In this document: positions 1-8,149 of the stretch, in pieces
Layout of the letters: each line of letters starts with the position of its first letter
How positions within the stretch are numbered: the first letter of the stretch is position 1
NCBI GenBank assembly: GCA_050251945.1
Contig: JBFWLW010000010.1
Span: forward strand, 12,653-76,652
DNA from: Deferribacterales bacterium
GTDB taxonomy: Bacteria > Chrysiogenota > Deferribacteres > Deferribacterales > Geovibrionaceae
Direction of reading: 5' to 3'
Length of the DNA: 64,000 nt
The notes under the pieces: generated by a model
What the model was told of the DNA's origin: nothing
The model's input: the letters and a program-made list of their open reading frames with translations, nothing else
Database searches by the model: none
Made by a program: the position numbers and the translations under genes

Positions 1-471
1 CGTGTATATCTTTTCAAACGGCTCCGGCATGTCGGAGCATATGGCAACGTCCAGATCGCCGCTGTCTATCTTCCGCAGCATGGTCTCTTTCATATATGTT
101 GAGAAGTCTATCCTGCTGTTGGGGTATCTGGCATAAAACCTGCGCAGGGCGTTCGGCAGGAACGACGAAGCGTAAAGCTCCGGCGAACCGACACGGATGT
201 GGTCGTGAATGTCCGGATTGGCGATGACCGAGAGTGCGTCATCGTGAGCTTTCAGTATGCGCACGGCATGCTCAAGCAGACGTTCGCCTGTGGGGCTTAT
301 GGAAAAACGCTTGCCCTGTTTGATGAACAGGGTACCCGTCTGATCCTCCAGACGTTTCATCTGCATGCTCACTGCGGACTGGGTCATGTTCAGAAGGCAG
401 GACGCCTTCGTATAACTGTTGACCCGCGCAACCGTCACAAAAGTCCTTAACAGGTCTATAGATAATTCCAT
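1..471 (-). CDS. LysR-family transcriptional regulator (5' part; runs off window start)
   Basis: Manual minus-strand translation from ATG at 471 gives MELSIDLLRTFVTVARVNSYTKASCLLNMTQSAVSMQMKRLE, a typical LysR HTH. Divergent from the CMD gene. Not in the ORF track because its stop lies outside the window. Confidence 0.9.
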   Translation of the reverse strand, partial: MELSIDLLRTFVTVARVNSYTKASCLLNMTQSAVSMQMKRLEDQTGTLFIKQGKRFSISPTGERLLEHAVRILKAHDDALSVIANPDIHDHIRVGSPELYASSFLPNALRRFYARYPNSRIDFSTYMKETMLRKIDSGDLDVAICSDMPEPFEKIYT

Positions 472-566
472 TCATCACCAAATTTGATAGAAAACATAAA
501 ATACATTCGTTTGACTGATGGGTTTTTATACAGTAGAAATCAAGAAAATGCAACAGGAGGTGTGGT

Positions 567-911
567 ATGCAATCGCAGATTGAAAGAAGAGAGGAGATTT
601 TTACGCTGGCAAAACAGATGAGAGCAAAGTTTCCTGAGTTTGAAAAAAACATGACGGCTAATGACGCTCTCGTTTACGGCGACGGCGCACTGCCCGAATC
701 GGTCAAGAGGATGATGGCGATGGTGGGCGCACTGGTCAGCAGATGTGAGGGATGTATCCTGTCACAGACTATGCGCGCCATAGACAGCGGCGCAACTGCG
801 GCGGAGATCATCGAGGCGTGTCACGTTGCCATGATGCTTGGCGGAACGATGGCGCTCGCAGAAAGCACCAAGGTGCTGGCTCTTCTTAAGGAAAAAGGAA
901 TGATAGATTAA
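567..911 (+). CDS. Carboxymuconolactone decarboxylase/AhpD-family protein
   Basis: DGALP..VKRMMAMVGALVSRCEGC (CxxC) and GATAAEIIEA motifs; SD AGGAGG. Confidence 0.85.
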   Translation: MQSQIERREEIFTLAKQMRAKFPEFEKNMTANDALVYGDGALPESVKRMMAMVGALVSRCEGCILSQTMRAIDSGATAAEIIEACHVAMMLGGTMALAESTKVLALLKEKGMID

Positions 912-938
912 AAAAATAAGGGGCGGAATAACCGCCCC

Positions 939-1079
939 CAGACTGATGATAAAGTCAGGAAAATGCGAGATCGCGTCGTCGCATACACTCCTCGCGAAGA
1001 CAAAACCCGTCTCTGCGAGGGTTTTAGCCCGAAGCAGTCTAATGTGTGTGTATGTATAAATTAGTTTGTCAACAAGCTG
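939..1079 (+). mobile_element. ~140-bp MITE-like element (copy 1) carrying a REP-like dimer, flanked by duplicated terminator hairpin
   Basis: Ends CAGACTGATGATAAAGTC ... GTTTGTCAACAAGCTG form an imperfect TIR. GGGGCGGAATAACCGCCCC is directly repeated at 920-938 and 1080-1098. Homologous copies at 27586-27727 and 60946-61084. Confidence 0.8.
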
Positions 1080-1105
1080 GGGGCGGAATAACCGCCCCAC
1101 TGTCT

Positions 1106-2758
1106 TTATAAGAATTTTGCTGCCTGCTCAAGGGCGTCGTCGATATGCGGGCAGATGTTTTCCCGCCCTATCTTTTCAACGAATTCGGTTTTTTCAAATG
1201 TGTGCATAAGCGCTGGTGAAACACCGGACAGTATCAGGCGTATCCCTTCGCTGTCAGATTTTTTCAGCACCTCTTCCAGAGCCATTACGGCTGTTGCGTC
1301 AACAAACGGTACCGTACGCATACGCAGGATGATGACCTTCGGCTTCTTTTTGACAATGCGCAGGGTGTCCTTGAACTGGTTCACCGCGCCGAAGAAGAAC
1401 GAACCGAATATCTCGAATATCTCCACCCCTTCGGGTATCCTGTCTTTGCTGAGAACGTCGTGTGCCTCATAATCCTCGTTCACCTCTTTACCGAGATTCT
1501 TAACCTCAGTTGCAACTGCCATGCGGTTCATGAACAGCAGGGCGGAAAGGACAACGCCGGTTTCGATGGCAACCGTCAGGTCGATGAAAACCGTCAGCAG
1601 GAACGTTACAACCATTATGAGTATATCTGCAGGCGGGCTTTTCAGCAGTTTCAGGAAATGCCGCCATTCACTCATGTGATACGCGACTATTATAAGTACC
1701 GCCGCAAGGGTGGGCATGGGAATGAGCTTTGCCCATTTACCGAAGAACAGCAGAATGAACAGCAGGGTGAAGGCGTGTACTATTCCCGAAATGGGGGACG
1801 TTGCGCCGTTCTGTATGTTCGTTGCGGTTCTGGCGATGGCTCCGGTGGCGGGGATGCCGCCGAACATCGGAGAAAAGAAATTTGCGACACCCTGACCGAT
1901 GAGTTCCATATTGCTTCTGTGGCGGGTGGATGTCATACCGTCTGCCACCACTGCGGACAGCAGAGATTCTATTGCCGCCAGCAGGGCTATTGTTATTGCG
2001 GACGGGAACACCGCAGTTACGATTTCCAGATTTACGGTGGGAAACGCAGGCAGAGGCAGTGAAGACGGAACGTCGCCGAACTGTGTCTGTATGGTGTCCA
2101 CGGGCAGGTTGAAAACTGTTACGACCGCCGTGGTGGCGATTATTGCGAAGATGGAGCCGGGTATCTTTTTGGTGAATTTCGGCATTATGAGAATGATGGC
2201 AAGCGCCGCCGCCGCAACCGCTATCGAGTGGGGATTGAAGGTGGACGCCGATTCAAAATATGCCTGAACCCTGTGGACGAAGCTGGCAGACGCCGGATGC
2301 GAGTCCAGTCCGAATATATCCTTAATTTGTGTTGTGCCTATGATGAGAGCGATGCCGGAGGTGAAACCGACCGTCATCGGGTACGGGATGAATTTTATTA
2401 CGCCGCCCAGCTTAACAGCGCCCATGGCTATGAGCATGATACCTGCAAGCATGGTGGCAACGGCAAGCCCGTTGTATCCGAACTTCACCACTATTTCATA
2501 TACCACCACGATGAAAGCGCCCGTGGGACCGCCTATCTGTACCCGGCTTCCGCTTAAAAGGCTTATTATGAAACCTGCGATGATGGCTGTGAAAATGCCC
2601 TGCTCCGGTTTAACTCCCGAAGCGATGGCGAAAGCGATGGCAAGAGGCAGGGCAACTATGCCGACCGTTATGCCGGAAACAGTGTCCTTCATCAGCCGTT
2701 TTGAGTCGTAACCCTCTTTAAAACAATCATATATTTGCGGGATTAAACGAGAACTCAT
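1106..2758 (-). CDS. SulP/SLC26-family anion transporter with STAS domain
   Basis: GITVGIVALPLAIAFAIASG, QIGGPTGAF and ATGAIARTATNI motifs; C-terminal STAS (FFGA...VPFVDATA). Confidence 0.93.
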   Translation of the reverse strand: MSSRLIPQIYDCFKEGYDSKRLMKDTVSGITVGIVALPLAIAFAIASGVKPEQGIFTAIIAGFIISLLSGSRVQIGGPTGAFIVVVYEIVVKFGYNGLAVATMLAGIMLIAMGAVKLGGVIKFIPYPMTVGFTSGIALIIGTTQIKDIFGLDSHPASASFVHRVQAYFESASTFNPHSIAVAAAALAIILIMPKFTKKIPGSIFAIIATTAVVTVFNLPVDTIQTQFGDVPSSLPLPAFPTVNLEIVTAVFPSAITIALLAAIESLLSAVVADGMTSTRHRSNMELIGQGVANFFSPMFGGIPATGAIARTATNIQNGATSPISGIVHAFTLLFILLFFGKWAKLIPMPTLAAVLIIVAYHMSEWRHFLKLLKSPPADILIMVVTFLLTVFIDLTVAIETGVVLSALLFMNRMAVATEVKNLGKEVNEDYEAHDVLSKDRIPEGVEIFEIFGSFFFGAVNQFKDTLRIVKKKPKVIILRMRTVPFVDATAVMALEEVLKKSDSEGIRLILSGVSPALMHTFEKTEFVEKIGRENICPHIDDALEQAAKFL

Positions 2759-3069
2759 CGGATATAAACCTCCCTATCCGTATAATTCTTCGTTTGTGGT
2801 ATAAATCGTGGGGTCGGATGGCTTTAAACCATAAGTTAAAAATAGCAGGATTAAAGTCAGGTGGCCTCAGACAGGTACCAAAACGGTAATCATATCTTTG
2901 ACATTGTGAAACTTCGGTAAATTAGTTAAAAGCGACGAAATAAGCAAGTAAAATTTATATATGAAAAATGAAAAAGTTTTTTAACTGAAATAGAATAGCC
3001 GTTTTAAAAAATATGCTGTCAAAAAAACTGCGTCTTGTTATAATACGGTCATTCAAAAGGTTTAAGTGA

Positions 3070-3144
3070 TGAGACCGCATCGTCATTTCATTCTTAGCGA
3101 AGACCGTGCTTGTCTCTGCGAGGAGTTTAGCGGCGAAGCAGTCT
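3070..3144. repeat. REP-like palindrome dimer (GTC-tagged family)
   Basis: TGAGACCGC...GCGAAGAC / GTCTCTGCGAGG...CGAAGCAGTCT; same family as nine other intergenic sites. Confidence 0.8.
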
Positions 3145-3175
3145 GAATTCCCAACAATTTAAGAGGGCAATCAAT

Positions 3176-4162
3176 ATGGACAGAGTTACTCTGGCTGTGG
3201 GCGGAGGGGGAGCCTCCACTCAGTCATTTATTTCGGACGTGATATTCTCAAAGCTGGGCAATCCTCTGCTGAAAAAGGCGGCTGATGCGGCGCTTGTGGA
3301 AACGGCAGGCAGAACTGCGTTTACCACCGACAGCTTTGTTGTGCGTCCCGAATTTTTTCCCGGCGGCGATATAGGCAAGATAGCCGTTTGCGGAACAGTG
3401 AACGACCTGCTTGTGTCCGGTGCGATACCTGAATATCTGTCGTTCGGACTTGTTATCCCCGAAGGATATCTGCTGAAAGACCTTGAAAGGGTCATTGACA
3501 GCATGGCGGCTACCTGTGAAAAGGCGGGTGTCAAAATTGTCTGCGGCGATACTAAGGTTGTTGAAAGGGGCGCTTTGGACGGGCTTATCATAAATACCAG
3601 CGGAATAGGACGGTCGGTGAAGGATTACACCGACTATGCAAATATAAAAGAGGGTGACAGGGTAATCCTGACATCCGATGCGGCAAGACACGGCATGAGT
3701 GTTCTTCTGGCTCGCGGTGAGCTTGGATTTGACGGCGAGATAGATTCGGACTGCGCTCCGCTGAATGATGTTTTCGATGCGGTGCGTCCGTTCGGCGTAT
3801 CGTTTGCAAGGGATGCCACCCGCGGAGGCATTGCAGCCGTGCTTAACGAGATATCCGCCATGTGCGGCGCCGGGTTTGTCATGGAGGACGATAACATCAA
3901 CGTGCGCGAAAACGTACGCTACCTCTGCGACATGCTTGGCTTTGACCCATTGTCGGTTGCCAACGAGGGTTTAGCTGTTATAATAATCAGAGAGAAAGAT
4001 GCGGAAAAGGCACTGGAAGCTCTTAAAAAGACGGAGAACGGAGCAGGTGCGGCAATAGCCGGAACTGTCACCGCCGACGGCAAAGTTATACTTAAAACCT
4101 CCATCGGCGGGCGCAGATTTATAGAAATGCCGCGGGGAGAGCTTTTACCTCGGATATGCTGA
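3176..4162 (+). CDS. hypE: Hydrogenase maturation carbamoyl dehydratase HypE
   Basis: TTDSFVV.P.FFPGGDIGK.AVCGTVNDL, GDTKVV, RDATRGG, ANEG and C-terminal LPRIC. Confidence 0.96.
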   Translation: MDRVTLAVGGGGASTQSFISDVIFSKLGNPLLKKAADAALVETAGRTAFTTDSFVVRPEFFPGGDIGKIAVCGTVNDLLVSGAIPEYLSFGLVIPEGYLLKDLERVIDSMAATCEKAGVKIVCGDTKVVERGALDGLIINTSGIGRSVKDYTDYANIKEGDRVILTSDAARHGMSVLLARGELGFDGEIDSDCAPLNDVFDAVRPFGVSFARDATRGGIAAVLNEISAMCGAGFVMEDDNINVRENVRYLCDMLGFDPLSVANEGLAVIIIREKDAEKALEALKKTENGAGAAIAGTVTADGKVILKTSIGGRRFIEMPRGELLPRIC

Positions 4163-4440
4163 CGGTTTCAGGATGAAACCCGCTTGCGTGAGCGAGTGAG
4201 GCTTTGCTGAAATGAGCGTTGGCATATTTTCTCCATGGAAGGAGAAAATATGTAATATTATAGAAATGCCGCGGGGAGAGCTTTTGCCTCGGATATGCTG
4301 ACGGTTTCAGGATGAAACCCGCTTGCGTGAGCGAGTGAGGCTTTGCTGAAATGAGCGTTGGCATATTTTCTCCATGGAAGGAGAAAATATGTAATATTAT
4401 CGAAATGCCGCGGGGTGAGCTTTTGCCTCGGATATGCTGA
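4119..4440 (+). repeat. 139-bp-period tandem repeat: hypE 3' tail (44 bp x3) alternating with an identical 95-bp hairpin element (x2)
   Basis: Tails at 4119-4162, 4258-4301 and 4397-4440; elements at 4163-4257 and 4302-4396, read directly. Confidence 0.95.
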
Positions 4441-4456
4441 TAATGTTAAATTGTAA

Positions 4457-4530
4457 TGAGACTGCCGCGTCAGCCCGGGGGCTTCCTCGCAGAGACGTCT
4501 TCGCGAGGAATGAAATGACGACGCGATCTC
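4457..4530. repeat. REP-like palindrome dimer (GTC-tagged family)
   Basis: TGAGACTGCCGCG...CCTCGCAGAGAC GTCTTCGCGAGG...CGACGCGATCTC. Confidence 0.85.
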
Positions 4531-4551
4531 TTGTTTATATAAGGAACTAGG

Positions 4552-4881
4552 ATGATAAAGATAGACTGGGAAAAACAGGGCGGACTTATACCCGCCGTGG
4601 TGCAGGATGCAGAGACTAAAACCGTTCTGATGCTTGCGTATGTGAACGAAGAGGCGCTCAGGCTCACATTTGAGACGGGCTATGCCCACTATTATTCCAG
4701 AAGCCGCAACGAACTCTGGAAAAAGGGCGGCACCTCCGGACATGTGCAGAAGATTGAACAGGTGCGGCTGGATTGTGACGGCGATACGCTGCTTTATATA
4801 GTCCACCAGACCGGACCCGCCTGCCACACAGGCGCTAAGAGCTGTTTTTTCACATCGCTTGACAAAGCCGGAGACAACTGA
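4552..4881 (+). CDS. hisI: Phosphoribosyl-AMP cyclohydrolase
   Basis: [38 protein letters not shown]. Confidence 0.96.
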   Translation: MIKIDWEKQGGLIPAVVQDAETKTVLMLAYVNEEALRLTFETGYAHYYSRSRNELWKKGGTSGHVQKIEQVRLDCDGDTLLYIVHQTGPACHTGAKSCFFTSLDKAGDN

Positions 4882-4883
4882 TT

Positions 4884-5906
4884 ATGGCAGGTCTTCTTTT
4901 AGGTGTGGATGCCGGAGCGGCAAACCTCAAAATAGTCGAACTGAAAGAGAAAAAGGGCGAATACAGCCTTAAGAATATATTTCTGCGGCAGATGCCGGCA
5001 GGTGTTATCGTTGACGGAACTGTGCTTGACCACGGAGCCGCCGCTCACGTTATCAAAGAGAGCATTGCCCACGCTAAGGGCTTTTCAAAGGATGCCGCGC
5101 TGGGTATGCGCGGTCGCGATACGGTTGTGAAGCACATGGAGATAGCGTGGAACGGTAAAGGTAATTTTCAGGAATCGTTCGTATGGAACGCTGACCAATA
5201 TATCGGTATTGCCGCTTCAAAGGCGACGTTTGACGCACAGCTTCTTTCATATGATGCCGAAAAGGGAATGGCGGACGCAGTTGTTGCCGCCGCAAACAGA
5301 GATAAGGTCGCCGACTGTATAGCCATGGCGGAACTTGCCGGGCTGAAACCCGTCGTCGTGGATATAGAGGCGCTGGCGCTGGTCAATCTCGCTTCAAATG
5401 TTTTCGGACGCAAATCACATCCCAACGCCATAATAGACATCGGACACGACTGCACGAACATCATCTTTTACGAGAATGGTTTCGTCGACATGGTGAAATC
5501 CATTCCTAAAGGATGCAAATTCCTCATGGAAGAGATAGCGCAGGATATGGATGTGGACATTGACAAGGCGGGCGAGATAATCCGCGATAAAGAGGTCATG
5601 ACAAATGACGTCGATGCGCAGGCTGCCGCCATGTCGTTCGGGAGCAACCTCGGCGCTGAAGTTGAAACCGCTGTTGAAACATACATAACGGACAGACGTA
5701 AAGAACCTGTTGACATACACATATGCGGTGCCGGAGCGAATGTGCAGGTGCTTGTGGATCAGATGGAAATAGCAATGCGGATGTCGCTTCCCCAGCTTAA
5801 TCCGTTCGCGCATATAGAGGTGCCGGAGCAGTTGAAACCTATCATGGATAAGGCGGGTGCGCACGCGTTTGCCGTTGCGGCTGGACTTGCCATGAGAAAG
5901 GCATGA
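4884..5906 (+). CDS. pilM: PilM-like (actin/FtsA-fold) type IV pilus assembly protein
   Basis: GVDAGAANLKIVEL, AGLKPVVVDIEALAL.N, IIDIGH, LNPF and AVAAGLAMR motifs. Confidence 0.8.
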   Translation: MAGLLLGVDAGAANLKIVELKEKKGEYSLKNIFLRQMPAGVIVDGTVLDHGAAAHVIKESIAHAKGFSKDAALGMRGRDTVVKHMEIAWNGKGNFQESFVWNADQYIGIAASKATFDAQLLSYDAEKGMADAVVAAANRDKVADCIAMAELAGLKPVVVDIEALALVNLASNVFGRKSHPNAIIDIGHDCTNIIFYENGFVDMVKSIPKGCKFLMEEIAQDMDVDIDKAGEIIRDKEVMTNDVDAQAAAMSFGSNLGAEVETAVETYITDRRKEPVDIHICGAGANVQVLVDQMEIAMRMSLPQLNPFAHIEVPEQLKPIMDKAGAHAFAVAAGLAMRKA

Positions 5907-6934
5907 AAAAACTCTTTCTGCTGCCGATTATGCTTTTTGCGCTTTGCGGCTGTTCCTTTAATAATCTCAATGACGATGCGGCGGAAGCCGCTACAAGACT
6001 GAAAATCGCCACGCACATTGACATAAGATCAGCACGCAAGGGCGACACGCTAACCGTTGATTTTAACGTCGGCGGGCAAATGAAAAATTTCACATCAACA
6101 ATTGATGAATCAGGTAAGAACGTTGTTATCAGAACGGAAGATATCAGCGTTTACATTATAAAATCCGAACTCGCCAGCCCTCTGGTGGAGGTTCAGCCGT
6201 GGCTGGACGCAGACAGCAACTATATGGTCAAGATGAAGCTGAATCTGAAATGCAGTATGACCCGCATTGATACGGACAAGGGATTCAGGCTGATATTCAA
6301 ACTGCTTGAGCCGGACAGGGAATATGCCGCAATGCAGACTTTCGGAACTTGGCAGCAGTCCTATGCCGCCGCGACCAGACTTGCGGGAATCAAAAATAAA
6401 GCCTCTTCGACGGAAATGACATTCGACGGCACACCCGTCTATTCCGCAGGCAATAACGGGAATGCCGACTATCTCGATATATACGGCGTCCGCATACCCG
6501 CCGGAAATATAAAATACGACGGCGTGGTCTCCTCGGACGTTGCGGGCGGAAAGACCAGACTGATTTTCAAAGGGAATGCCTCCTTCTGTATCGACGGAAC
6601 ACATATGACGCTGGGCAGAAGCTGCGGCGGTTATATTTCTCTGTTCGGTGTGACAAAAAAGAAGGACAAGGGAAACGAGAAGTTCATGGTCAGGCTGACG
6701 GGCAGACCGGAGATAACCGTTAAGACCATAACGGGAGCGACCGGACTGGGCATGAAGAACGTCAGGCTTTTCGGCACCGGACTGGTGCGGTATGAAGGCG
6801 ACGCGGTGTTCAAAACGGAAGTGCGTAAAAGCGGCGGGCTTACATGGATAGTGTTCGTACATGATCCGGCGTATAAGTTCCGCAGGTTCTATTCATCCGG
6901 CGACGTGCTGAACGTCGTATTTTATAAGGGCTGA
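5903..6934 (+). CDS. Hypothetical lipoprotein
   Basis: Lipobox-type signal MKKLFLLPIMLFALCGC; 4-nt overlap with pilM; beta-rich. Confidence 0.75.
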   Translation: MKKLFLLPIMLFALCGCSFNNLNDDAAEAATRLKIATHIDIRSARKGDTLTVDFNVGGQMKNFTSTIDESGKNVVIRTEDISVYIIKSELASPLVEVQPWLDADSNYMVKMKLNLKCSMTRIDTDKGFRLIFKLLEPDREYAAMQTFGTWQQSYAAATRLAGIKNKASSTEMTFDGTPVYSAGNNGNADYLDIYGVRIPAGNIKYDGVVSSDVAGGKTRLIFKGNASFCIDGTHMTLGRSCGGYISLFGVTKKKDKGNEKFMVRLTGRPEITVKTITGATGLGMKNVRLFGTGLVRYEGDAVFKTEVRKSGGLTWIVFVHDPAYKFRRFYSSGDVLNVVFYKG

Positions 6935-6937
6935 TAA

Positions 6938-8056
6938 ATGGATAAACTGAAACTGTTTATTATTGCCGGAGAGAAATCCGGCGACAACCATGCATCCGCA
7001 ATGGTGCGCGAGCTGAAAAAGATATGCGATGTCGAGTTCTCAGGAACCGGCGGTGCAGGGCTTAAGGCGCTGGGACAGAAACAGTTTTACGATATAAACG
7101 ATATGAACGCCATCGGCATTGACGAGGCGCTGAAAAAACTGCCGTTTCTGCTGAGGGTGAAAGACAAGCTCATCGCAGAAATGAAGGCGGACAGACCCGA
7201 CGCCGTTGTCCTCGTGGATTATCCGGGATTTAATCTCCGTTTCGCCCGATATGCGAAAGAGCTTGGGATTCCGGTTATTTTCTATATCTCACCTACATTC
7301 TGGGCGTGGAACTATAAAAGAGTGCATAAACTCAGACAGTTTTGCGACCTTGTACTCTGCATCTATCCTTTTGAACCGGAGCTTCTGAAAAAAGAGGGCG
7401 TGAATGCCGTTTATGTCGGGAACCCGCTAAAAAGGCAGATAAGCGTCAAGTGTGCCGATAATCGTGAATTTCTTGAAAGAGGGCATTTTAACGGCAATAA
7501 ACCCGTTATAGGTCTTTTGCCGGGCAGCAGACGAAGAGAGGTCGAATCTCTTTTGCCCCTTATGGTGCAGACTGCAAAACTTCTTCCGCAGTATGACTAT
7601 GTTGTCGGCGTTGCCGATACCATAGACGAAAAACGGGTGCGGGAGCTTATCAAAGGTACCAATATCCGTCTTGCCACCGGACTGACCCATGACATAATGA
7701 AATATTCGCATCTGCTCTGGATATGCTCCGGAACAGCGACGCTTGAGGCGGCGATAACCGGAACACCCATGGTTCTGCTTTATAAAACGAGTGCGCTCAC
7801 CTATATGCTGGGACAGATTTTTGTACGTCTGAAATTCATCGGGATGCCGAACATTATAATGAAAAGGGCGGTGATTCCCGAACTGATACAGGGCGACGCA
7901 AATGTTCGCGCGCTGGCGAAATTTACCGAAAAGATAGAACAGAACTACGACGATGTCAGAAAAGACCTTGCCGCAGTGGGCAGTTATTTTCCCGATACGG
8001 ACTCGTCTGCAGATACCGCCGCGGAAATTTATTCCTTTCTCAAAGACCTGAAATAA
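6938..8056 (+). CDS. lpxB: Lipid-A-disaccharide synthase
   Basis: IIAGEKSGD, VDYPGFN, YISPTFWAW, YVGNPL, LLPGSR..E, SGTATLE. Confidence 0.95.
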   Translation: MDKLKLFIIAGEKSGDNHASAMVRELKKICDVEFSGTGGAGLKALGQKQFYDINDMNAIGIDEALKKLPFLLRVKDKLIAEMKADRPDAVVLVDYPGFNLRFARYAKELGIPVIFYISPTFWAWNYKRVHKLRQFCDLVLCIYPFEPELLKKEGVNAVYVGNPLKRQISVKCADNREFLERGHFNGNKPVIGLLPGSRRREVESLLPLMVQTAKLLPQYDYVVGVADTIDEKRVRELIKGTNIRLATGLTHDIMKYSHLLWICSGTATLEAAITGTPMVLLYKTSALTYMLGQIFVRLKFIGMPNIIMKRAVIPELIQGDANVRALAKFTEKIEQNYDDVRKDLAAVGSYFPDTDSSADTAAEIYSFLKDLK

Positions 8057-8111
8057 GGAAATTAATTCCTTCTTCTTTTGAAAAATCCTTAACTATCAAT
8101 CAGTGCCTGTT

Positions 8112-8127
8112 TGGCACGATTTTTTCT
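8112..8127 (+). promoter_or_regulatory. Putative sigma54 (-24/-12) promoter for fliK-flgD-flgE
   Basis: TGGCACG-ATTT-TTTCT versus consensus TGGCACG-N4-TTGCW (one mismatch in -12), 22 nt before the fliK start. Confidence 0.5.
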
Positions 8128-8149
8128 AACACATTGACGGAGGTGCCTA

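Noticed and set aside
2760..2900. Riboswitch in the sulP leader
   Set aside because: Small hairpins are present, but I could not match a known aptamer consensus by eye. An Rfam scan is needed.
4119..4440. CRISPR mini-array or prophage/ICE att site
   Set aside because: The repeat is 95 bp and the 'spacers' are copies of the hypE tail. There is no integrase or cargo between the duplicated ends.
4258..4827. 189-aa minus-strand ORF (and 4119-4364)
   Set aside because: Runs antisense through hisI and the repeats; its internal repetition simply reflects the DNA repeat.
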